From positions 1,792-27,872 of the forward strand of contig QIAI01000073.1 in the NCBI GenBank assembly GCA_003224995.1: a stretch of DNA of 26,081 bases, read 5' to 3'. Positions 17,490 to 26,081 of the stretch are shown one piece after another (position 1 is the stretch's first letter; every line of letters starts with the position of its first letter). Origin of the DNA: Acidobacteriota bacterium. Its GTDB lineage: Bacteria; Acidobacteriota; Terriglobia; Terriglobales; Acidobacteriaceae. Both the position numbers and the translations under genes were made by a program. The notes under the pieces were generated by a model. It searched no databases. It saw only the letters and a program-made list of their open reading frames with translations, and was not told the origin of the DNA.

Positions 17490-18665
17490 CTATGGCAAGT
17501 GAACGCGTGGCACGCGCTTTGAAATTCCGCACAGGATTTCGTAAGGCACCGTGCCGGAGAGTTCGGCGAGCTCCACCGCGTCTACGCGCAGCGATCCGGT
17601 GCTGCCGATCAGCATCACATCGTCGCCTTCCGCGGCACCCGGGATGTTCGTGACGTCCACCAGGGTGAGGTCCATGGAAACCGCGCCGACAATCGGGGCG
17701 TACGCCTTCCGGATGATCACGCGACCACGATTTGAAAGGGCGCGGCGATATCCATCTGCGTAGCCAACCGGAAGGACGGCGATACGCGACGGCTGCCTGG
17801 TTACGTAGCTGCCGCCGTAGCCCAGAGGCATGCCTGCATCGAATTGCCGGATAGAAATGATACGCGTCCTCCAGGAAAGAGCGGGCTTAAGGGGCAGTGT
17901 GGGCCCTTTCGCTTCGGAGTTATCTTTCCTGCGGAGCGGCAGACTGTAACCATAGAGTGCGATTCCCGGACGAACCAGGTCATTCCAGGTGTCCGGCCGC
18001 GCAAGGATCCCGCCCGTGTTATCCATGTGGCACAGGCGGGGCGAGAGGCCGGCTTCTTTCAGGGTACGGAGTGCTTGCTTGAAATTCTCGATCTGGAGTT
18101 CGGTCTCCGATGCGTCCACAATTTCGGAGGAAGCAAAGTGAGTGGACACGCCTTCCAGGGATACGTGCGGTGACCGCCGGATTAGCTGGCACATGACAGG
18201 AAGGTCTGCCAACCGCACACCAAGTCGGCCCATGCCGCTGTCGACCTTCAGGTGAATCGGCTGCGGGGGTGCGTCTAACTTCTTCGCGGTGTCGGCGACG
18301 ACCTCCACATGCCACGGTTCCCAGACGGTTGCGGTCAGGCGCTGGCGGACGACTTCTTCCTCTTCGCCTCGCCAGAATCCGGTCATCAACAGAATGCGGC
18401 CGCGCAATCCGGCAGATCGCAGGGGCATGCCTTCATCCGTGGTGGTCACGCCGAACCACTGAGCGCCGGCCGCTTCCAAAGAGAGCGCGCATGCGGTGGC
18501 TCCGTGACCGTAAGCGTCTGCCTTGATGACGGCGCAAACGGTTACACGCGCGCCCACATGAGCCTGCACGCAACGAAAGTTGTCAGACAGCGCGCTGAGC
18601 GAAATTTCCGCCCAGGTTGGTCGAACCGATTGCCAGCGAGCGACGTCGAGGGTGGCTGAACTCAC
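17490..18665 (-). CDS. alr: Alanine racemase
   Basis: PTWAEISLSAL, AVIKADAYGHG (PLP Lys), HLKVDSGMGRLG, STHFAS, VRPGIALYG, GYADGYRR, VGAVSMD, YEILCGISKRVPR. Start GTG 18665 preferred (TTG 18671 sits 1 nt from the -10 box). Confidence 0.96.
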   Translation of the reverse strand: MSSATLDVARWQSVRPTWAEISLSALSDNFRCVQAHVGARVTVCAVIKADAYGHGATACALSLEAAGAQWFGVTTTDEGMPLRSAGLRGRILLMTGFWRGEEEEVVRQRLTATVWEPWHVEVVADTAKKLDAPPQPIHLKVDSGMGRLGVRLADLPVMCQLIRRSPHVSLEGVSTHFASSEIVDASETELQIENFKQALRTLKEAGLSPRLCHMDNTGGILARPDTWNDLVRPGIALYGYSLPLRRKDNSEAKGPTLPLKPALSWRTRIISIRQFDAGMPLGYGGSYVTRQPSRIAVLPVGYADGYRRALSNRGRVIIRKAYAPIVGAVSMDLTLVDVTNIPGAAEGDDVMLIGSTGSLRVDAVELAELSGTVPYEILCGISKRVPRVHLP

Positions 18666-18672
18666 AGTCAAA

Positions 18673-18678
18673 ATTATA
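18673..18678 (-). promoter_or_regulatory. -10 box (TATAAT) for alr
   Basis: Perfect TATAAT exactly 7 nt before GTG 18665. Confidence 0.55.
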
Positions 18679-18766
18679 TCGGCTCACCCGGTCGCACCGA
18701 CCGACGCCCCATGTTCTAACTTGGTGCGACTCCAAATTGCGCCGTGCTTCATCCCCCTCGAATGAA

Positions 18767-19498
18767 CTAGCCGCCCGACAACGAGAAGTTCACGGTGATC
18801 TGGGTTTCGACTTCGACCGCTTCGTCGTTCAAAATGTAAGGCCGGTAGCGCCACTGCCACACGGCATCAATGGCAGCGCCGACCAGCATGGGGTGCCCAT
18901 CGAGGGCCTGCAGATTTCCAATCGTTCCCGTACGGCTGATGATGGCGCGCAAGTGCACCGGACCCTGGATTCGCGCTGCCCGCGCCAGGGGCGGATAAAT
19001 GGGCTGTACCCGGTAGATCAGGTTGCCCTCCATCATGTGAGAAACTCGTGGAGGGCGCGCCGCGGGTTTGGGCGGAGCGGGAATCGGAACCGCGGCTGTG
19101 CCAATGGAGCCCGGAATCGGATTGGCACTGGCCATCGTTCCAGTTGCGCCGGGAACACAGATAGCACAAGGCGGCGCCTCTGCTGCGGAGGCATCGTCCA
19201 CATCATGTGCCACACCAATGGGAATGGTGGGAGGCGACACGATGAGGCCGCGGAACATGTTGCTTTGTGTTGCCGATCTCGTCGTTCCGTGCCGTTGCGT
19301 AACTGGTGGCGGCCCCGGAGGCGGACCCAAAGGTGCGCTCAAGATCAGATGAAGTTTGGGAAGTCCCTCGGTGTAGAGCAGCGGCAGCATCAAAACCACC
19401 GCGATCCCCAACGATTGCAGCGCGAACGATGCGAGTGTGGTCCAGCCACGACGGCCATGGTTGGACCAGTGATTTTCAAGCAGGCTGTCAGCGAACAT
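18767..19498 (-). CDS. TonB-family energy transducer
   Basis: ATG 19498 with SD GGAGGA; N-terminal TM, Pro-rich linker, C-terminal VQPIYPPLARAARIQGPVHLRAIISRTG...AAIDAVWQWRYRP...ITVNFSL. Confidence 0.9.
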   Translation of the reverse strand: MFADSLLENHWSNHGRRGWTTLASFALQSLGIAVVLMLPLLYTEGLPKLHLILSAPLGPPPGPPPVTQRHGTTRSATQSNMFRGLIVSPPTIPIGVAHDVDDASAAEAPPCAICVPGATGTMASANPIPGSIGTAAVPIPAPPKPAARPPRVSHMMEGNLIYRVQPIYPPLARAARIQGPVHLRAIISRTGTIGNLQALDGHPMLVGAAIDAVWQWRYRPYILNDEAVEVETQITVNFSLSGG

Positions 19499-19565
19499 GG
19501 TGTCCTCCAAGCGAAACTGGATAGCTCTAAGGACACCGCATCCACAGCGTGCGACTGAGACTTCG

Positions 19566-19598
19566 AAAAAGAAAAAGGCCGCGCGATGGGCGCGGCCT
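19566..19598 (-). terminator. Rho-independent terminator of skp
   Basis: 9-bp stem AGGCCGCGC / GCGCGGCCT followed on the minus strand by TTTTTCTTTTT. Confidence 0.85.
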
Positions 19599-19635
19599 CG
19601 GGGAACATTTGCGACACTTGCGGTGTCGCTCGAGT

Positions 19636-20343
19636 TTACTTAGGCGGCTCGGCGGGCTTCACCGGGGGTGGGGTTGGTTTCGCACCGGTGCCTGCCGGTC
19701 GGGTGGGACCAGCGGGCTTAACGGCTCCGCTCGCTGGCGGAGGCGCCACCCCGGACTGGGCGTTGAACACTTCGACCACGGGCTTGGTCACGTCGACGGA
19801 CTCGCCCCACCATACCACCGGGCTTTGCGGCCAGGGTTGGGAAGTGTCCACGATCATGCCGAAACCGTTGTCGGTTGCATACTTGATGAGCACGGGGCCG
19901 AGCTTCTGCAAGATTCGCTGCGCAATTTCGTTCTGTTGATTCTGCGCGTCTTCGCGAGCGTCCTGCAGCTGCCGGTCAAGAGACTTTTTCTTGGTCTCGA
20001 TCTGCTTCACCAGGTTGGCGCGGGCGTCTTCATTCAGCTTGTCGCCCTGGGTATTGAGCTGTTTCTGCAGGCTCTCAATCTCGTCGTTCTGGCCCTTCAA
20101 TTCGTTCTGTTTGGGCTCAAGCTTCTTGCTCAGCGCTTCGAAATCACGCCGGCCTTCGTTGGTGGCGAAAATCGCCTGCTCCATGCTGATGGTGCCAATC
20201 TTGGTGCCGGGTCCGGTCGCCGCAGGTGCAGGCGAAGCGGGAGTGGCGGCTGGAGTGGCCGCCGCGCTGCCGGTTTGAGCCAGGGCGGCAACCGAAATTA
20301 CGAAAGCCGTGGCCAGAAGGATGCGCGTGAACTTGCTTTTCAT
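19636..20343 (-). CDS. skp: OmpH/Skp periplasmic outer-membrane-protein chaperone
   Basis: ATG 20343 with AAGGAG upstream; signal peptide, KIGTISMEQAIFATNEGRR, long coiled coil, YATDNGFGMIVD, VDVTKPVVEVFN; directly downstream of bamA. Confidence 0.9.
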   Translation of the reverse strand: MKSKFTRILLATAFVISVAALAQTGSAAATPAATPASPAPAATGPGTKIGTISMEQAIFATNEGRRDFEALSKKLEPKQNELKGQNDEIESLQKQLNTQGDKLNEDARANLVKQIETKKKSLDRQLQDAREDAQNQQNEIAQRILQKLGPVLIKYATDNGFGMIVDTSQPWPQSPVVWWGESVDVTKPVVEVFNAQSGVAPPPASGAVKPAGPTRPAGTGAKPTPPPVKPAEPPK

Positions 20344-20549
20344 TGGATCGCTTGAACTCCTTGGAAATTGTTCCGGGAAATTTGGCTTGCTCTCTCTCCC
20401 AGGCTTACGCTGGGCCGTACCACTAGGCTGACTGGGTCTTGGAAGCGGACCATCACTCACAACCGGAGCTCATTCAACAGCTCCGTATGCCGAACCTGAT
20501 ATGCGTGGCAGCACACCCCGACCGTCATACTCAGGGCGGAAGTCGTTTC

Positions 20550-20558
20550 ATTATAGCA
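20550..20558 (-). promoter_or_regulatory. Extended -10 (TGCTATAAT) for skp
   Basis: Perfect TGn+TATAAT in the bamA-skp spacer, ~200 nt upstream of the skp ATG. Confidence 0.65.
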
Positions 20559-20603
20559 TTTGCCCTCAAAACAACCGCACACCCTGCCGACTCCACTGAT
20601 TGA

Positions 20604-23435
20604 TCAGAACGTCGTCGCCACGGTAAAGCGGAAGGTCTTACGAGGCTCGCGCAGCGTGAAGTTCGCACCGTACGTATTAATAGCTTGCGTGTAGGTGTAA
20701 TCCCCCGCTGCCTTGTACAGGAATGGCGCAGTTGCTCCGGGGAACATGCTACGCGTGATCGCAGTGGGCGCAATGGCGGTCGAATCCAGCCGCAGCGGAT
20801 TATAAGCCCAATAGATGCGGAACGGCGCATTGATAACCGGCAGCATCACCTGCAATTCCAGGCCGGTCGACATACGCGGCGTCCAGTTCGTGCCCGCCAC
20901 CGGTTTCAGATATTGCGAAAAGGAGAGTTTCTCTCCGCCAATGCAGTTCAGAGCGATGTCCAACTGGGGACATCCGAAAGGCGTGTTGTTGATGTCGCTG
21001 AGCTGGCCGGGATTGATGCGCAACTGCGTGGTCCGGAGAATGGGATCGATGCCCATATCCATAAAAGGCGCTATCGTTACCGGCCCCACAATCGAGATGC
21101 GGTACTCCACGTTGCCAAAGACGCTCAGGTCGCCGCCGGGTTGCACAATCGATTGAATGGGCAGCGGAATGGTGTAGGCGCCAGCACGCGGGTTGGAAGG
21201 ATCCTTCAGCACTATGGATCCGTCGGGATTTGAAAGGTTAATGACGGCCTTGTTGGGCAGGAAGGCAATCGGAGAAACGGACCGGATATCGAATCCGCGC
21301 AAGTCGTTTTCGCCGCCCATGTAGAACCGCTGAAACGGCGGTGCGACCAGACCGCCGTAGCCGGAGAGAAAGGATCCCTGAAAGTTCACGCCAATGGCGT
21401 TTCTTCGCTTCTGCACCGGGAAAAATTGCTTGTACTGCACGATGGGGCGCACCGATTTCACGGTGCCACCCAGTCCGGCAAGCTAGCCGCCTACGAAAAG
21501 CTGCTTGCCACTATGCGGTTGGTACGAAGCATCCAGCGTATTGATGGAGAAACTCGGAAGAATCTTGCTGGTGATAATTCCACTCAGTGCGTTCGGGCCG
21601 GAAATCCCTCGAAACGCGAGGTTCGTGAACAATGCCTTAGAAGCGTCGCTCAGGGCGATTAACGAGGAGTCATCGAAGGAGTAGGTGAGCCCAACCCGCT
21701 TCAGGGAGCGATGCAGAGGATAACTGAGCGAACCGGTGAAGCCCGTGCTCGACTGCGTGTAATTCTGCAGGTTTTGCAGATAGTAAGACGGCAGGTTGAG
21801 CTGCTGTCCGCTGAGGATGGCGTACTGTCTGGCCTGGTTGTAGCTGGTACGGGTGGTGTACACCGTGAAGCCAGCTTGTAGCGGACGATCCCACAGGTAA
21901 GGCTCAGTAAAGCCGAACAACACGCTACGCATCAGGTTACCGATGCTGGCTTGAACCTGCAGCGTCTCGCCCAATCCCAGGAAGTTGTTGGTGGTGTAGC
22001 TCAAGCCCACGAACGCGCCTTCCAGTCCGCTGACACCGCCGTTCAAGCCGATACTGTTCTTGCCCTTCTCATGCACTTTCAGCGCAAGGTCGACGCTGCC
22101 TTCCTTCTCGTCGAGCTTCTTGTCGGTGGTGTTCGGATCGTCCGGCTTCAGCTGCTCGAAGTAGCCCAGCTGGTTGAGGCGCAGGAGACTGAACTCCCAC
22201 AGCCGCGAATTGTAGACCTGACCTTCTTCGAGAGCGATTTCGCGGCGGATGACTTTATCGCGGGTAGTGGTATTCCCCTGAAATTCGATGCGGCGGACGT
22301 AAAACTGCTTGCCTTCGTCCACGTCGATTTCCAGAAAGATCAGCTTCTTTTCGTCGTCAAACTTCGTATCCGGAACCGAAGTGAAATTGATGTAGCCGTA
22401 CTCTCCGTAAGCCTTGCGAAGATTTTCCAGGCCCTTGCCGACCTTTTCACGGCTGAAGATGTCGCCATCTTTAATCGGAAACAAGGAACGGAGGGCTTTG
22501 CTGTTCGGGATGGCTTTATTATTTTTGAACGTGATGCTCGCCAATTTGTAGCGGTCGCCTTCCTCAATCGGCATAGTGATGTCGACCGCCTTGCCGGGGC
22601 CCTTCTGGATCAGGGGGATATGAGGACCGCTATGGCCAGTGTCGTGAATCTCCGTTCTGGGATCCTGCACCAGCACCTTGAAAAATCCGCGGTTCTGGTA
22701 TTCGCTGCGGACGCGTTCCGTATCCTCTTCCAGCTTGGTCGCGTCGTAAGTCTTGGCGAATATGTTCTCAAGGAAGATGGAGTGGGGAACGCCGATGGGC
22801 TTCAGGTTCTTCATCGCCGCCCGTAGCGTCCGGCTCTTGATGTTGCGATTTCCCTGGAACCGGATACGGCCTACCTTGACCTTAGGACCTTCCTTCACCA
22901 CGAAGGTGATGCCGACGGCGGCGGGAGGAATCGGCCGAACTTCCGAGCGGATGCTCGCGAACTGCCGCCCGTGTTCGGCCAGCAATTCCTTGATGGCGAC
23001 CTCGGCCTTCTTGATACGGGTCGGATCGTACTGGCTTTCCACGGAGAGACCGACTTTGCGCTCCTTAAAGCGGTCGAGCACATCGCTGGTGGAAACCGAA
23101 CTTAAACCGGTGTAGTTGATTTCCCGGATGGTCGGCTTTTCTTTGACGTAGACGTGGATCCGCCAACCCTTTGGGGTCTGTTCGCGTTCGATGCGGATGT
23201 CTTCAAAGTAACCGGTATTCCACAGGGAATTGAAGTCGCGCTCAAGCCCGGCCGCGTCATAGACGTCGCCTGGATGGGTGAAAATGCGCGCCTTCACCGT
23301 GTCCGCGGGAATGCGGCGGTTGCCGTGAATCTGGATGTCGGTGACCAGATCCTGCTGCGCCCATCCCTGTTGACAGAAGAAAACGACGAGCGCGAGCATC
23401 AGGCCCGTGAAAGAACGCCGCCAGCCTTGGCGCAT
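20604..23435 (-). CDS. bamA: Outer membrane protein assembly factor BamA, interrupted by one in-frame TAG at 21483-21485
   Basis: ATG 23435, signal peptide, POTRA repeats (GNRRI, RIEFQGNTTTRDKVIRRE, LNQLGYFE), barrel with YTTNNFLGLGE, FTEPYL, FYMGGENDLRGF and terminal FRFTVATTF. The two track ORFs (21483-23582, 20604-21461) are the same frame separated by GGC GGC TAG CTT GCC GGA. Confidence 0.93.
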
Positions 23436-23581
23436 CGATCCCAAAAACCCCGAGAAAGATTGGGAGGAATGCGTCGAGGTCAGCGAGGTAGCAAACTCGC
23501 TCGACCGTGTGACAGGGATATCCGGATGAAAGCGAAAGAGAATCGCTACTACCTCGGCCTCTGGGAGTCGGGAAAACGGCA

Positions 23582-23587
23582 ATTATA
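23582..23587 (-). promoter_or_regulatory. -10 box (TATAAT) for bamA
   Basis: Perfect TATAAT ~30 nt past the upstream gene's stop; overlaps the track's TTG 23582, which argues against that start. Confidence 0.55.
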
Positions 23588-23617
23588 CGGTAGACCTCGG
23601 GTTAGCGTCCAAAACGA

Positions 23618-25750
23618 TCACAGCTTGCACTTGCCATTCAGCAAGCTTGGTTTAGAAAGCTCCACCTCAACCAAGACGGAATAAAACGTGGCGGAGTTGC
23701 CCATGTCGGTAAGTTTTTCTGAAGTGAGCACGTTGACGTTGCAGCCACCCGGGGTAAGTTTGGCCCAATTGAGCGCGGCGGCGACCACTCCGGGCTGCAC
23801 CGCACCGTTCACGCGCGCTCGCAAACGCATTTCGCCACGCCCATTGAATACCCGCACGGCATCGCCGTCGCGAATGCCCCGCGGATGCGCATCTTTGGGA
23901 TGCAGTTCCAACAGACCAGGCTCTTCCATGCTCTGCACGGAGGGCAGGTTCGAGAATGTGGAATTGAGGAAATTATCGGCCTTGCGCGCCAGCAGCTCGA
24001 GGGGAAGCGTCTGACTGCTCCCGCCGTGCCGCGATTCCAGGGGAGGAACAAACTCCGCCACCGGGTCCAGCCCCTGCGCCGCAAGTGCCGGATTGTAAAG
24101 TTGTGCTTTCCGATCGGGAGTTTGAAATCCACCCTGCGCGAATGGCAAGAACGGAGCGGGTGGGCGGGCATTCGCTCCCGAGCCTTCGAAATTCAGCCGA
24201 ACATGACCCTCGGTTTCTAGCCGACCGCGGTCGATACCGTGTAGCCAGGGATTGGAAGAGTTGAGCGCCTCATCAATTAATTCCTCAACTGATGCACGAA
24301 AGCAGTCTTCCTCGAATCCCATGGCCTGCGCCAGGGAGCGAAACACTTCCACGTTTGAACGGCATTCGCCCAAAGGCTCAATGGCCTGATTCGATACCTG
24401 CAGGAAGTAATGCCCGTAGGCGGTCTGCAGATCTTTCTGCTCGAAAAACGTGGTGGCCGGGAGCACGATATCGGCATAATCCGTTGTATCGGTGAAGAAC
24501 TGCTCGTGTACCACCGTGAAGAGGTCGTCTCGGCGAAGCCCGCGGATCACTTCGTTGTGGTTCGGGCAGACCGCGGCCGGATTCGAGTTGTACACAAACA
24601 GTCCTTGAATGGGGGGATCCGTGAGCGTATTGAGCGCCTTTCCGAGTTCCACCATGTTGACGACGCGGGCTGGACGACCCAGCGTCTGCTGCATCAGATC
24701 CGCACGCTCCAGCGCATCCTTCTTCAGTCCCCATGCTCCGCTTAAAGAAAGCTGCAGCCCGCCCCCGACTTCTTTCCAGGAACCTGTGATGCAGGGAAGC
24801 ATGGCGATGGCGCGCGAGGCCATGCCTCCGTTTTCGGAGCGCTGCACGCCGTAGTTCATACGAATCACCGCCGGACGGACAGTAGCGTATTCGATGGCCA
24901 GCTTCCGTATGTCTGCAGCCGAAAGGCCTGTCCATTGCGCCACCCGCTCGGGCGGATAGCTCTTGACCTTCTCACTCAATTGCTCGAAGCCGGTGGTGTA
25001 CTTCGAAACGTAGTCTGCATCGTGCAATCCCTCGGCGATGATGACATGCATCATGCCTAGCGCCAGGGCGGCGTCCGTGCCCGGATTGATAGGCAGATAC
25101 CAATCGGCGCACTTTGCGGTGCGGGTGCGATAGGGATCAATAACCACCAGCTTTGCACCGGCGCGTCGGGCCTCTTCGATAAAGGGCCACAAATGCACAT
25201 TGTTGCCATGAATATTGGCGCCCCATGCCAGGATGTAACGCGACTCGCGAAACTGTTCTGGCTCGGTGCCCAGCTTCACACCGGTGACAGAACGGAGTCC
25301 GGCTTCGCCCGCAGCCGAACAAATGGAGCGCTCCAGTTGCGATGCGCCGAGCCGATGGAAAAAACGCCGGTCCATGGAGGCGCTACTTAAAGCGGCAAGG
25401 GTGCCGCCATAGGAATAGGGAAGGATAGCTTCACTGCCGAACTCGGACGCGATCTGCTTGAAGCGAGCGGCAATCTCTTCGAGAGCTTCTTCCCATGAGA
25501 TACGTTCGAAGTCACGCGCATCCTTGTGGCCGCTGCCTTTTTTCGCGACTCTCCGCATGGGATAGAGAACTCGATCCGGCGAGTACACCCGGTCGAGGTA
25601 CTTGGAAACTTTGGCACAAAGAAAACCTCGTGTAACCGGATGCGCGGGGTCTCCTTTGATCTTGGTGGCGCGTCCATCCTCGATAGTGATCAGCACTCCA
25701 CAAGCATCCGGGCAGTCGTGCGGGCAGGCGGCATGAACAACTTTCTTCAT
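23618..25750 (-). CDS. Molybdopterin (bis-MGD) oxidoreductase family protein with N-terminal 4Fe-4S site
   Basis: CPHDCPDAC, HPVTRGFLCAK, RISWEEAL, WGAN, VVIDPYRT, NPGTDAALALG, TTDYADIVLPAT, C-terminal binding domain ELHPKDAHPRGIRDGDAVRVFNGRG...NVNVLT. Confidence 0.92.
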   Translation of the reverse strand: MKKVVHAACPHDCPDACGVLITIEDGRATKIKGDPAHPVTRGFLCAKVSKYLDRVYSPDRVLYPMRRVAKKGSGHKDARDFERISWEEALEEIAARFKQIASEFGSEAILPYSYGGTLAALSSASMDRRFFHRLGASQLERSICSAAGEAGLRSVTGVKLGTEPEQFRESRYILAWGANIHGNNVHLWPFIEEARRAGAKLVVIDPYRTRTAKCADWYLPINPGTDAALALGMMHVIIAEGLHDADYVSKYTTGFEQLSEKVKSYPPERVAQWTGLSAADIRKLAIEYATVRPAVIRMNYGVQRSENGGMASRAIAMLPCITGSWKEVGGGLQLSLSGAWGLKKDALERADLMQQTLGRPARVVNMVELGKALNTLTDPPIQGLFVYNSNPAAVCPNHNEVIRGLRRDDLFTVVHEQFFTDTTDYADIVLPATTFFEQKDLQTAYGHYFLQVSNQAIEPLGECRSNVEVFRSLAQAMGFEEDCFRASVEELIDEALNSSNPWLHGIDRGRLETEGHVRLNFEGSGANARPPAPFLPFAQGGFQTPDRKAQLYNPALAAQGLDPVAEFVPPLESRHGGSSQTLPLELLARKADNFLNSTFSNLPSVQSMEEPGLLELHPKDAHPRGIRDGDAVRVFNGRGEMRLRARVNGAVQPGVVAAALNWAKLTPGGCNVNVLTSEKLTDMGNSATFYSVLVEVELSKPSLLNGKCKL

Positions 25751-25759
25751 GGCCTACCG

Positions 25760-25765
25760 ATTATA
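25760..25765 (-). promoter_or_regulatory. -10 box (TATAAT) for the molybdopterin oxidoreductase
   Basis: Perfect TATAAT 9 nt before ATG 25750. Confidence 0.55.
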
Positions 25766-25782
25766 CGATTGGAGAGGTGGAG

Positions 25783-25933
25783 AAGACTTTAAACGCGGAA
25801 CGTCGCCCAGAACAGCCGTGCAAAGTTCGCCAGCAAAGTCTTAAACCGCGGAGCTCACAGAGAAGATCCCCCGCGATCGCGGAGCAGGGCAAGATCGGAT
25901 TCCCTCGGCGTCCTTCGCGGTCTGGGATCTTCT
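25783..25933. repeat. Cluster of palindromic / REP-like units
   Basis: IRs AAGACTTT (25783-25790)/AAAGTCTT (25835-25842) and AGAAGATCCC (25861-25870)/GGGATCTTCT (25924-25933); palindrome CCGCGATCGCGG (25871-25882); repeated AAAC(C)GCGGA. Confidence 0.55.
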
Positions 25934-25951
25934 GCACGGCAGGTTGTATGT

Positions 25952-26081
25952 TTAGCGATCATAGAATTCGCGCGCGACGAACTCCGGATATTGGACTGCG
26001 GGCAGAGGACGTTTCCGCTCCCCCCACAAAAATTTCGCTTCGCGAGTCGCGCCATGACTTGTTCTGGACGCAATCTCGCTG
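25952..26081 (-). CDS. 3' end of an unidentified gene entering from the right edge
   Basis: Open frame SEIASRTSHGATREAKFLWGERKRPLPAVQYPEFVAREFYDR ending TAA 25952-25954, protein-like and followed by the palindromic cluster. Confidence 0.45.
   Translation of the reverse strand, partial: SEIASRTSHGATREAKFLWGERKRPLPAVQYPEFVAREFYDR

Noticed and set aside
21483-21485. Genome-wide TAG reassignment or pyrrolysine explanation for the bamA stop
   Set aside because: TAG ends five otherwise complete genes in this window and no pyl genes or suppressor tRNA are visible; kept only as a testable minor option.
18617-22826. Long plus-strand ORFs 18617-19558, 19549-20355 and 21951-22826
   Set aside because: Lie antisense to tonB, skp and bamA and read as non-protein shadows.
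1-26081. CRISPR array, tRNA or rRNA genes
   Set aside because: No regularly spaced direct repeats or tRNA/rRNA signatures seen by eye.

Overview
A 26 kb, mostly minus-strand chromosomal segment; gene content and protein style suggest an Acidobacterium (Terriglobia-like; this is an inference). In order: 5' part of an HpnI-like glycosyltransferase, divergent rnpB (RNase P RNA), a ~670 bp unexplained spacer, an SDR/cupin/non-heme chloroperoxidase module, an eight-gene MoxR AAA+ envelope cluster (RDD, opposite-strand SpoIIM/DUF95, DUF58, MoxR, DUF4350-like, DUF4129-like, two tandem paralogous membrane proteins), a small ORF, a MOSC gene, a GT4, glyA, an alpha/beta hydrolase, alr, a TonB-family protein, skp, bamA, a molybdopterin oxidoreductase and the 3' end of an unknown gene. 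No tRNA, rRNA, CRISPR array or transposase was seen. Highlights: (1) the functionally uncharacterised MoxR cluster, whose spacing suggests a noncontiguous operon and whose first gene is duplicated together with its promoter; (2) four lesions hidden from the ORF track: an in-frame amber codon in bamA, frameshifts in the cupin and MOSC genes, and an apparent in-frame deletion of the hydrolase catalytic-Ser elbow; (3) several genes with a -10 box only 7-12 nt before the start codon (probable leaderless or short-leader mRNAs); (4) palindromic REP-like elements. Family names come from motif recognition, not database searches.
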